Part shown: positions 47,473-56,123 of the stretch, one piece after another
How the letters are laid out: every line of letters begins with the position of its first letter
Numbering within the stretch: the stretch's first letter is position 1
Source: Pyrinomonadales bacterium
GTDB taxonomy: Bacteria; Acidobacteriota; Blastocatellia; Pyrinomonadales; Pyrinomonadaceae
DNA length: 64,000 nt
Assembly: GCA_038230715.1 (NCBI GenBank)
Contig: JBBRMS010000009.1
Span: forward strand, 4,945-68,944
Reading direction: 5' to 3'
Notes under the pieces: model-generated
Told to the model about the DNA's origin: nothing
Seen by the model: only the letters and a program-made list of their open reading frames with translations
Databases searched by the model: none
Program-made: the position numbers and the translations under genes

Positions 47473-50400
47473 TCAGTTCCCGAAGCGCTGCTTGTACTCA
47501 CTCGAGAGAATAAATGACTTAACCATCTCGGCGTTTACAAAGTTCCCGCTAAACTGGTTCAGTTTGCCCAGCCAGAAGTCATAGCCGGAATAATCTGAAT
47601 CCTGCGGGTCGTCCGGATTACGCCGCAAGTAGCCAAAGAATTGCATCAACACAAAAGCGCGATTCTTTTCCGCGTCGGCGAGTGCCTGATTCTCGGAGAC
47701 GGCGCGCAGGGCCTGGGCTCGCGTCTTCATACCCGCGGTCAAGTCGCTCACCAGCTGGTCACGTTGCGCCGTTGATAAAGGCATCACGCCCCCGGTGGCG
47801 GCCCGGGCATTTAGCTGATTGACGAACTGAGTTGGCGTCATCGTCAATGGGTAATCCGTCAGGAAACGCGCGCGCCCGACAAACTCTTCCGCGAAGGCGG
47901 CCTTGTTGTCATTAATCTGCTGTTGCCAATTTCCCTGTCCCACCACCACGCCCTGCCCGATCTTTTGTGTATCGGGCAGAAACTCGTTCAGACGAATTAC
48001 TGGCACGGCTATTGGGTGCGCCCCGCCGATCGCTGAAGTGCCGGTAGCATCACCATACGCCGCCTTGTAAATGCGATACACCAGGTAGCCGGTATCCTGA
48101 AACTCGATCGAAAGAAAGAACGCGGCCGAGGTGTTGATCCGCTGCACTTCGATGCACGAGGGCTGTGGCGCGCAGCCGTTGATGTTGTTAATCCAGAAGT
48201 TCAGGCCGCTCGCATCCGGCTCGCGATTAAGAAAGTCGATGTAGTGCTCGCGCACAAAGAAACTCGACGTGTCGACCGGATTAACGCCATTCGCCGTTTC
48301 ATCGTCGATGATCGTAAGCGTAATCGTGCTGGGCAAGCCGAGGGTCACGTTGCTGCCGCCGACCGCGCTGAGTGTTACGGTGAATGTCTCAGGCCCTTCA
48401 AGATACCGATCGTCGACGATCGGTATCAGGATGTTCTTTGAAGTCTCGTTCGCGGCAAAGTTCAGGGTCCCGGATGTGGCGATATAGTCGCAACGCGAAG
48501 ACGCGGATCCACTGACGACGTTGCAGTTGTTGGCCCCCGATGTATCGCCGGTCGAGTAGTTAACTGAGGCCGGGAACGAGGTGTCGCCGCTGCGCGTAAT
48601 CGTAACCGTCTTGCTTACCTCGGCCTCGCCCAAAGCATCCGCTGCCGCGCTGAACTGAACCGTGCTCGCGGCCGGGCTAATCAAGGGTGTCTCCCAGACA
48701 CCGCGGCCGTGCGTGGCGGCGCGCAGCAGACGGAAGCTCGGCTGAATCTTCAGATCAAACACCGCCGAACGCGGCAGACCGGTGCCAAACGGGACCCAGT
48801 TCGCGCCGCCGTCGGTGGAGTTGTAAACGCCAATGTCGGTGCCGGCGTACAGGTTGTTTGAGTTCAGCGGATCGATCACCAGGGCATTGACCGGAATGCT
48901 GGGCAGGCCGTTGCCGGCGGCGGTCCACACTGGGGCCGCGGGCGAAGCACCCGATGCCGCAATCAGATTTGAGATCTTCCAAATCCCCTGCCCGGCCGGT
49001 GCAAAAAACGAAAATGTGACGTAAGCCACATTCTTGTTGTTGGGATCGATGGCCGCGCGGCCAACGAACTTGTTGGTGAGGCTGCCGTTGGGATTTGTGG
49101 GAAATGAACCGCTGGTAAGGTTAACCATCGTCGATGAACCAGTCGACGTGGCCCATACCTGTCCATTCTGTAATCCCACCAGACGCACGTTATCGCCGCC
49201 GGACCAGACCGCAATGGAACTGATGGGCGAACCGACCCCACCGGGGCTGCTGAGTGACCCCTGACTTACGACAGCCATCGTGTCGCCTCGATCAGTCGAA
49301 CGATAAAGCCGGTCGGTTCCGAAATAGACCGTGTTCGGGGAGCCCGGCCCGAGTGCCATCGGCGCGTAGAACAAAACATTGTCGGTAAGACTGAGCCCGT
49401 TGTGGAGATAATCAGCGGTCCCATCGCAGGAAAGGCTGGGCTGCTCAGCATCACCTCCGCTCACGAAACCAATGCCGCGAGTCGGCCAGAAATTCTTAAA
49501 CGGCAGGCAGGTTGTGTTAACGGCTCGGTCGAAACCGATCTGGGTTCCAGTCTGATTGAAGAACGTGTGATACATATTCACGTTCGTGGCATTGGTCGCG
49601 CTTTGATCGATCAGACAATAGCCGCCATCGCCACCTTCGGCGTTGCTCCAATTCCCTGCCGAGGCTGACTGGTACTCAGTCCCATTGTCCTGGGTCCCGC
49701 CGATCATCAGAAATCGATCGGTTGGATGAACTGCGATGCTCTCGAATTGGAGAGTATTTAGCGGCGCGCTATTGAGATTCGTCCAGGAGGTCGCAACTGT
49801 GTTGGTGGCCGGCTTCTTCCACACTCCGCCGTCGTTGCCTGCAAAAATCGTCCCACCGGTCGCATCAAAGGTAAGCGCGTGGGAATCGGCGTGAGTGCCC
49901 GTGTCATCGCGGAAAAAGGTCGCGCCGCCGTCAGTTGATTTCTTCATACCATCTGAACAGGTGCTGTGCGCATTCCCAGCCAGATAAATTTCACTAGCGT
50001 TGTTCGGGTTGACGGCCACCGCGATGTCATAGAAACACTGGCTGCCACAGAAGCCTCCACCTCCCGCAAGTATTGACCACGTGCCAACGCCAAATGGGTC
50101 GACCCCCTTGCGAACAGTGCCCGAGCCAGTCGTACACGTCTGACCGTTTGAAGAAAATGGCGTCTCGCTGGTGGCCGCGTATGCCGTCACCACCGAACCT
50201 ACTTTATTAATCGTTAGATTCGACCGCACGCCCAGGGCGAGGGATCGAACCTGGGTAAAGGTCGGAGTGGCGGCGGTGGCGTTGGTCGTGCGATAGATGC
50301 CGCCAAAAGTCCCTGACGCTCCGATCACCGACACCAGGATGTTATCCGGGACTCCCGGCTCCATTACCATGTCAGGCGTGTCGAGGTTCCCTGTTGCCGG

Positions 50401-51414
50401 AGTGTCCACACTCGTCAGATCAGCGGTAACCACAAGCTTTTGAAAAGTCACCGAGCCGGCGTCCGAAGTTGCAGTGGTTGAACGATAGACACCGCGAGTA
50501 CCCATCGGTGGGAGTGTGTTACTCAGAGAGCTTCCGCCGCTGCCAGCCACGCCGCGGCCGGTCGAAACAAAGATGGTCGCCGGATCAGTTGGGTGCACCA
50601 AAATTTTGGTGATGCCGCGACCGTTGAAAATCTGGTAAGTAAGATTATTCACGGTTGTCAGTGGATTAATCGGACCCACCAGAGTCGGCGAAGTATTCAC
50701 GTTATCAATGCGATAGAGGCCCGCGCCAAAGAAGCAGTCTGCACAACCGTTGAATTCGCCGGTGCCTACGTAAAGCTTGCTCGGGTCCGAGGGCGCGAGC
50801 GCCAGAGCTCCAACCGCCATCGATTGGGCGCTATCAAATATCGCTGCCCACGTCGTGCCGCCATCGAGCGAACGCCAAACTCCTCCCTGGGCGGTTCCCA
50901 GGTAAACGTTGTTCGAGTTGCTTGGATCCACGGCGATAGAAGTTACGCGGCCGCTGACTGCGGTATCGCCGCCCGATACAGCCTGCCCATTCGCGATGCT
51001 GGTCGGGCCCAGCGGTGTCCACGCCGCATCGGGGGTGAGGGTCGTGGTCAAACCGCCATTCACTAAAGATTCAAGCCGCCGCCCTTTCTCCTGACGATCC
51101 ATCTGTTCCATCGCGCGGTTGCGCCACTCGGGATCGAACGGCCGGCCCGGCTCGATACCCCGCAGGCGTCCAAGATATTCTCCGCGCAAACGAAGGTACT
51201 TATCGCGATCGATTTTGGATCCGAACTTTCCCAAATCGGCATCGACGTATTCGTCTTCGTCGGCTTGCGGGGGAAGGTTCGACTCGACTTCTTGCTTCGA
51301 GTAGTTGGTAGTTGCCTTGCCATTGTTGCTGGCCGCCGACGAACCAAAACTCCACACCATCAAAGCCAGCAGCAGGCTCGCGATGGAAAAAACTGTAATC
51401 GTTCTGTGTTTCAT
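47473..51414 (-). CDS. Protein D: secreted BNR/Asp-box (sortilin/Ycf48-like) multi-propeller protein with Calx-beta, ending in the shared module
   Basis: Signal peptide MKHRTITVFSIASLLLALMVWSFGSSAA. Asp-box motifs are SLDGGTTW, STDGGATF, STDRGDTM and STDGGANW. Calx-beta region LNFAANETSKNILIPIVDDRYLEGPETFTVTL. The module is at 47476-48282. Confidence 0.85.
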   Translation of the reverse strand: MKHRTITVFSIASLLLALMVWSFGSSAASNNGKATTNYSKQEVESNLPPQADEDEYVDADLGKFGSKIDRDKYLRLRGEYLGRLRGIEPGRPFDPEWRNRAMEQMDRQEKGRRLESLVNGGLTTTLTPDAAWTPLGPTSIANGQAVSGGDTAVSGRVTSIAVDPSNSNNVYLGTAQGGVWRSLDGGTTWAAIFDSAQSMAVGALALAPSDPSKLYVGTGEFNGCADCFFGAGLYRIDNVNTSPTLVGPINPLTTVNNLTYQIFNGRGITKILVHPTDPATIFVSTGRGVAGSGGSSLSNTLPPMGTRGVYRSTTATSDAGSVTFQKLVVTADLTSVDTPATGNLDTPDMVMEPGVPDNILVSVIGASGTFGGIYRTTNATAATPTFTQVRSLALGVRSNLTINKVGSVVTAYAATSETPFSSNGQTCTTGSGTVRKGVDPFGVGTWSILAGGGGFCGSQCFYDIAVAVNPNNASEIYLAGNAHSTCSDGMKKSTDGGATFFRDDTGTHADSHALTFDATGGTIFAGNDGGVWKKPATNTVATSWTNLNSAPLNTLQFESIAVHPTDRFLMIGGTQDNGTEYQSASAGNWSNAEGGDGGYCLIDQSATNATNVNMYHTFFNQTGTQIGFDRAVNTTCLPFKNFWPTRGIGFVSGGDAEQPSLSCDGTADYLHNGLSLTDNVLFYAPMALGPGSPNTVYFGTDRLYRSTDRGDTMAVVSQGSLSSPGGVGSPISSIAVWSGGDNVRLVGLQNGQVWATSTGSSTMVNLTSGSFPTNPNGSLTNKFVGRAAIDPNNKNVAYVTFSFFAPAGQGIWKISNLIAASGASPAAPVWTAAGNGLPSIPVNALVIDPLNSNNLYAGTDIGVYNSTDGGANWVPFGTGLPRSAVFDLKIQPSFRLLRAATHGRGVWETPLISPAASTVQFSAAADALGEAEVSKTVTITRSGDTSFPASVNYSTGDTSGANNCNVVSGSASSRCDYIATSGTLNFAANETSKNILIPIVDDRYLEGPETFTVTLSAVGGSNVTLGLPSTITLTIIDDETANGVNPVDTSSFFVREHYIDFLNREPDASGLNFWINNINGCAPQPSCIEVQRINTSAAFFLSIEFQDTGYLVYRIYKAAYGDATGTSAIGGAHPIAVPVIRLNEFLPDTQKIGQGVVVGQGNWQQQINDNKAAFAEEFVGRARFLTDYPLTMTPTQFVNQLNARAATGGVMPLSTAQRDQLVSDLTAGMKTRAQALRAVSENQALADAEKNRAFVLMQFFGYLRRNPDDPQDSDYSGYDFWLGKLNQFSGNFVNAEMVKSFILSSEYKQRFGN
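47476..48282 (-). repeat. Shared C-terminal module, copy D (269 aa)
   Basis: NPVDTSSFFVREHYIDFLNREPDASGLNFW...AAFFLSIEFQDTGYLVYRIYKAAYG...NRAFVLMQFFGYLRRNPDD...GYDFWLGKLNQFSGNFVNAEMVKSFILSSEYKQRFGN. Confidence 0.9.
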
Positions 51415-51822
51415 GCTTGGTACTCGGAATTCAGGAGTAGCTTCGTTAACTGGAGTCTGTGCCAGTAGCCGTGTGTCAGACTTTTGCTTTACTGGTGATG
51501 CGGCCGGGGCTGTATTTGATGCACTTCAAGAAGGTTTGGATACACCGGCCAGAAGAAAAATCAGGGTGGTCTAAGTTTTCAACCGACAGGAAATAAGAGT
51601 TATAGATGATCCCGTCTTTCGGCAAAGCAACTTTATTATTGGCGCCGGAGGATGTCAACGGAACGGCGAGGTCGGTCTGTGCTTTGCCCTCTGAGAAAAC
51701 GACGCAACCGCGTTGCGGTTGAACCGGGAGGAGAACCCCGTCGCTACCGCTCCCGGTACTGACTTCAACCTTCTGCGGCCTCGCTATGCCGGTATTGGGC
51801 AAGCTGAAGAGTGCGTTACAAA

Positions 51823-54357
51823 CTACTTCATCCACTGACCGATCTTCTCGGTCCCGAAGGTGCCGATGCCGTTTAGCCGGAAGGCGAAGACAATTCGATT
51901 CTCGTTCCGCAGGCCCACGTTGAAAGTGTAGTCCTGCACCGTCACTGAGCAACATTTCCAGGTGTAGCCGAGGGTGGCCGTCGAACTAATCAACGAACGG
52001 TTGCTGCCCGCAAACGGGTGTTTCTGAAAATCGAAGAAGAGCGACAACCCGCCAAACAATCCTTTGTCGCGATTGCCGAGAAAGACCGACGGGCTCCATT
52101 GCGACCCGCGCAAGGTGCCCGGCTCGCGGCCGGCCGCGTTCGCGTATTGCGCCAAACTGGGAACCAGTTTCACCGCCCGCGTGTAATAAAAAGTCGAGAA
52201 GGCCTGGACCAGTGCCCGGTTAAGTCCGAAGGTAGCGGACATCGCCCGCAATCCACCGCCCTTAGTATTCAAATCAGCGCGAAAGTCAGCAAACAAATGC
52301 TCTGACGGGCGATACCGAACGTCGACATTGACGGGCGAGAACTTGCGCGGCACGGCTCCATAAGTGAAGCCGGAAAAAGTATCGATGGGAGCGAACTGGT
52401 TGCGTCTTCCGGGAATCAGGGCCCCGCCGAAATACGGATCAAAGAAATACTTGCCCCGGATGGTAATCGTTAAGGCTTCGTAAGGCTGGGTGGCCAGCGA
52501 AGCTTTCTTCTCGCGGGCCGCGCGCTCGGCTTTCTTGCCCACAGTCTCGATCGATCGGCGAGTGTAGAAGCGATTGGAAATGCCGTACTCAATTTCGTTC
52601 GTGTCCGCGATAGCGTCGACATAGTCGAAGCGGAGAATCTGATTAAAGTTATCGATGCCCGCGACGCGCCGGTAGATGACATAAGGCTCAATCACATGTC
52701 GAAACCTGACCGACCCGTCATCGCGCCGGAAATTGCGCGCCAGCGCGGGCGGCCGCAAATCAAGCTCCAACTCGCCGTAACCTCGCACCACGTCGCGCGG
52801 CGTTACCAAACCAGTGACCGGATTAATCGAGTTTGAATAGTAAGTGGCGCGCGCGCCGAGCGTGGTCGTCAACGACCAGCCCGAGAAATTAAGCGGGATG
52901 GCAATGTTGGGATGAAGATCAAAGCGCTGCACCACCGAAGGCGTGATAATCGGGTCACGTCCGGCTTCGGCGCGGAACGTCGCGAGGTCGCTGGGCGTCT
53001 CTTTTCGGCTGACGCCTTCGACAGCGGTTTCAAAGGAGTAGTAGACGGGAACGTTTCTGAACCAGTGCACCGGCGACGGCCGCCGATCGAGGGAAACGCT
53101 GGGCAACTCGCGAATACGAATCCGTGAATTTTGCAGAGTGGTCGCCTGTGAGTTGAGCCGCAGATTGAAACTGTAGGCGTGATAGTTCTTGTTAATGAAA
53201 ACCTGGGAGCGTTCCTCCGGCGAGATTGCGGCCTGAATCGAGTCAGAGAAGATCTGTCTAAACGCAAGATTCGAAGTAATGTTTACGTCGGCCGCCGCCA
53301 GAAATCCATTGGGGAAATAATGGACCGCGTCGATATAAAAACTCGAGCCTCCCTGGTTCGGATGGGTGGCGTCCTCTTTGGGTCCAAACATGCGGTCCTT
53401 GACCGCATAGAAACCCAGATTGAGAAACGAACGGGAATTAGCGCGGGTACGCAAATCGCCGCCAATGCCAATGCCGCGCTGAGAAAAAAAGTCACCGCGA
53501 AGAGTCAAGTCGGCCGAGCGGCCCAGCGTCAGATAGTAAGCGTCGGATATCCGAAAGCCCTTGGCGCCTGAACCACTGAAGGTCGGGGTCAGGAAACCGG
53601 ATTGGCGATCGTCATGCTTGAGAGATAACGACGCATACGGAAGATAAATCACCGGCAGGTTCTTGATGCGAAAGGTAGGCGAGGAAAGCTTCACCTTATC
53701 GCCGGCCTTGATCCTTGCCTTCTTTGCACGAAAACTCCATTTGGGAACTTCTTCGTCGCACGCAGTGATCTCGCCATTCGTGACGATGATCGTGTCGAGG
53801 CTGATTCTGTCGACTCGATCGGCAGTGAAATACATGCGCGTGCCGTCATTGGTCTGATTGCTATAACCGGTCGAGTTGAGAAAGAAGCCGGTCTTGGTCT
53901 TGTAATTCCATTCCGCGCGGCTACCGGTGATGCGCTGCTGATCGCCCTGATCAAAAACCACGTTGCCTTCGGCGATCACCTTGTTGGTGGCGTCGTAGAC
54001 CGTGACCTTGTCAGCCTGCAAACGGTAAGTGCCGATGCGCGCATCAACGTTGCCTTCACAAACCGATACCTGCGATCCCTTCGCACCGGTTACAGTCTCC
54101 TTGTTGCACTCCAAAGAAAGTTTGTCCCCCGGTTGAATCGCGACAGGTTTTCCCGAAGTCGTCGGCTTAACCGGCTGATCCTGTTGCAGCGGATTTACGT
54201 TCGGCGTGTCCGTGATCGGATTTTCGACTTTGCGATCGACGGGATTGGTTTGTTGCGCGTAAGTGGGGACGGTGAACAAACAGCCGAGCGCAACGCCTGC
54301 CAGCAAAGGCAAAACGCGCGTCACTCGGAACCTGATTGTCGAAGCCATGCCGAGCAT
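51823..54357 (-). CDS. lptD: LPS-assembly outer-membrane protein LptD (OstA family)
   Basis: Signal peptide from MLGMASTIRFRVTRVLPLLAGVALG. N-terminal OstA-like beta-jellyroll (LQADKVTVYDATNKVIAEGNVVFDQGDQQRITGSRAEW) followed by a very large beta-barrel-like region. Divergent from lpxB. The ORF track's TTG start at 54396 is less likely. Confidence 0.75.
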   Translation of the reverse strand: MLGMASTIRFRVTRVLPLLAGVALGCLFTVPTYAQQTNPVDRKVENPITDTPNVNPLQQDQPVKPTTSGKPVAIQPGDKLSLECNKETVTGAKGSQVSVCEGNVDARIGTYRLQADKVTVYDATNKVIAEGNVVFDQGDQQRITGSRAEWNYKTKTGFFLNSTGYSNQTNDGTRMYFTADRVDRISLDTIIVTNGEITACDEEVPKWSFRAKKARIKAGDKVKLSSPTFRIKNLPVIYLPYASLSLKHDDRQSGFLTPTFSGSGAKGFRISDAYYLTLGRSADLTLRGDFFSQRGIGIGGDLRTRANSRSFLNLGFYAVKDRMFGPKEDATHPNQGGSSFYIDAVHYFPNGFLAAADVNITSNLAFRQIFSDSIQAAISPEERSQVFINKNYHAYSFNLRLNSQATTLQNSRIRIRELPSVSLDRRPSPVHWFRNVPVYYSFETAVEGVSRKETPSDLATFRAEAGRDPIITPSVVQRFDLHPNIAIPLNFSGWSLTTTLGARATYYSNSINPVTGLVTPRDVVRGYGELELDLRPPALARNFRRDDGSVRFRHVIEPYVIYRRVAGIDNFNQILRFDYVDAIADTNEIEYGISNRFYTRRSIETVGKKAERAAREKKASLATQPYEALTITIRGKYFFDPYFGGALIPGRRNQFAPIDTFSGFTYGAVPRKFSPVNVDVRYRPSEHLFADFRADLNTKGGGLRAMSATFGLNRALVQAFSTFYYTRAVKLVPSLAQYANAAGREPGTLRGSQWSPSVFLGNRDKGLFGGLSLFFDFQKHPFAGSNRSLISSTATLGYTWKCCSVTVQDYTFNVGLRNENRIVFAFRLNGIGTFGTEKIGQWMK

Positions 54358-54500
54358 GCTGTAAGCTGCCGACCTCCGCGCTGGGGCTATAATCAAAATG
54401 CGCCTTCTGCGAACTCGAATGAACCCCCAGCAGGCGCGCCGTTTTCGCTAACGGAATGCGGCGATGCTAACATGCGCGCGCGACGCGTCACAAGGAAGGA

Positions 54501-54597
54501 TCATTTTTCATCTGTCATTTTAGATTTTTCACTTTTCATTGGCGATTGAGGCCGCGACAGTAATCGAGGTAATGGCAAATGAGAAATGAAAAATGAC
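54501..54597. repeat. AT-rich simple-word inverted repeat (TCATTTTTCATCTGTCATTT ... AAATGAGAAATGAAAAATGA)
   Basis: The arms at 54501-54520 and 54578-54597 are reverse complements at 18 of 20 positions. They sit in the lptD/lpxB divergent intergenic region. Confidence 0.75.
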
Positions 54598-54624
54598 TAA
54601 TGGAAAATGGTCTTTAGACTATCC

Positions 54625-55800
54625 ATGGGCCAGAAACCGAAAGACCATTTAAGACTAATGATCGTCGCTGGCGAAGCTTCAGGCGACGCGCATGCGGCGG
54701 CGCTGGTCGGCGCGCTTCAGACAGCCGCGCCTGAAACTCAATTCGACTTCTTCGGCTCGACCGGGGCACGAATGCGTGCCGCCGGGGTTGATTCAGTGGT
54801 CAAGGCTGATGAACTGGCGATCCTCGGGCTGTGGGAAATCGGCAGAGCTTTGCCGAAGTTCTGGCGCGCCTTTGGCGAACTGAAACTGGCGGTGAGTGAA
54901 AGAAAACCTGAAGCGGTAATCCTGGTTGACTGGCCCGACTTTAATTTGCGGCTCGCGCACTGGTTACATCGCCAGGGTGTGCCGGTCATCTACTACATCA
55001 GCCCGCAACTTTGGGCCTGGCGTTCTTACCGCGCTCACAGCGTGGCTCGCGACGTTGACCTGCTGTTATCGATCCTGCCATTTGAAAAGGACTGGTACGC
55101 CGCTCGCGGTATCACGAACGTTGAATATGTCGGTCACCCCCTGGCTGGTGAAGTTCGACCGAGCTATGGACGCGAAGAGTTCTGCCGGCGCAACGATCTT
55201 GATCCCGGTCGCCCGGTGGTGGCCCTCCTGCCCGGCAGCCGGCACAAAGAACTCGTGCGAATTCTGCCGCCGATGATCGAGGCGGCTGCCCTCATAGCAA
55301 AGCAGCGCTCGGACGCTCAGTTCGTCGTGGTGGTCGCGCCAAATCGAGACCCAACGGAAGCGCGCGGGATAATCGCAAAGGGCGAGTACGATCCGGCATT
55401 CAAAGAATCGCTGCGGCTGGTTCATCACGAGACCCGCGAGGCGCTGGCTGCCGCAGACGTCGCGGCAGTAGCCAGCGGCACGGCCACCCTCGAAGCTGCC
55501 TTGTTGGGAACACCGCTGGTTATCGTCTATAAAGAGTCGGCCATAAATTGGCACACGCTGGGGAGCCTGATCACGGCCGAACATTATGGCCTGGCAAATT
55601 TAATCGCGGGCCGGCGGATAGTGACTGAGATGATTCAGAATCAATTGAACGGACCCGACCTCGCAGCAGAGTTGCTGAGAATGCTGGAACCCGCATGCAA
55701 CGCTGCGATGAGATCTGAGTTGAAGAGTGTGGCTGAGAAGATCGGTGAGCCCGGAGCATCGGCCCGCGCCGCTGGCGCGATCCTGAGATTCATGAGGTAG
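54625..55800 (+). CDS. lpxB: Lipid-A-disaccharide synthase
   Basis: LMIVAGEASGDAHAAALV, YYISPQLWAWR, ATLEAALLGTPLVIVYK. The start is ambiguous among 54607, 54625 and 54658. Confidence 0.9.
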   Translation: MGQKPKDHLRLMIVAGEASGDAHAAALVGALQTAAPETQFDFFGSTGARMRAAGVDSVVKADELAILGLWEIGRALPKFWRAFGELKLAVSERKPEAVILVDWPDFNLRLAHWLHRQGVPVIYYISPQLWAWRSYRAHSVARDVDLLLSILPFEKDWYAARGITNVEYVGHPLAGEVRPSYGREEFCRRNDLDPGRPVVALLPGSRHKELVRILPPMIEAAALIAKQRSDAQFVVVVAPNRDPTEARGIIAKGEYDPAFKESLRLVHHETREALAAADVAAVASGTATLEAALLGTPLVIVYKESAINWHTLGSLITAEHYGLANLIAGRRIVTEMIQNQLNGPDLAAELLRMLEPACNAAMRSELKSVAEKIGEPGASARAAGAILRFMR

Positions 55801-56123
55801 CGGATCCGGGCTTTGCCAAAAAAGTCGATCATCCATTGGCCACGAAACAGAACGGCGAGCGGGACAAAGAATCAGCATAGGGCGAGGAAGGAATTTCGTG
55901 TATGAGTAGTATCCTGGTCCCGCTCGCTACCGCTCGCGGTTCTGTACTGCTCAGCAATGATTGGGGCGCCCGAATTTTCAGGCAAAGCCACGGATCCTGT
56001 CCGCCAGCGGCCTTACATCTGCGGCAGGTTCGACTTGAAGAGGTTGCGAGCTGCGCACGGGCGGACATGATGTTGGCGATCCGAATCGTTGGTTATTGAA
56101 TCATCTGGGAGGCTATCGATCGT

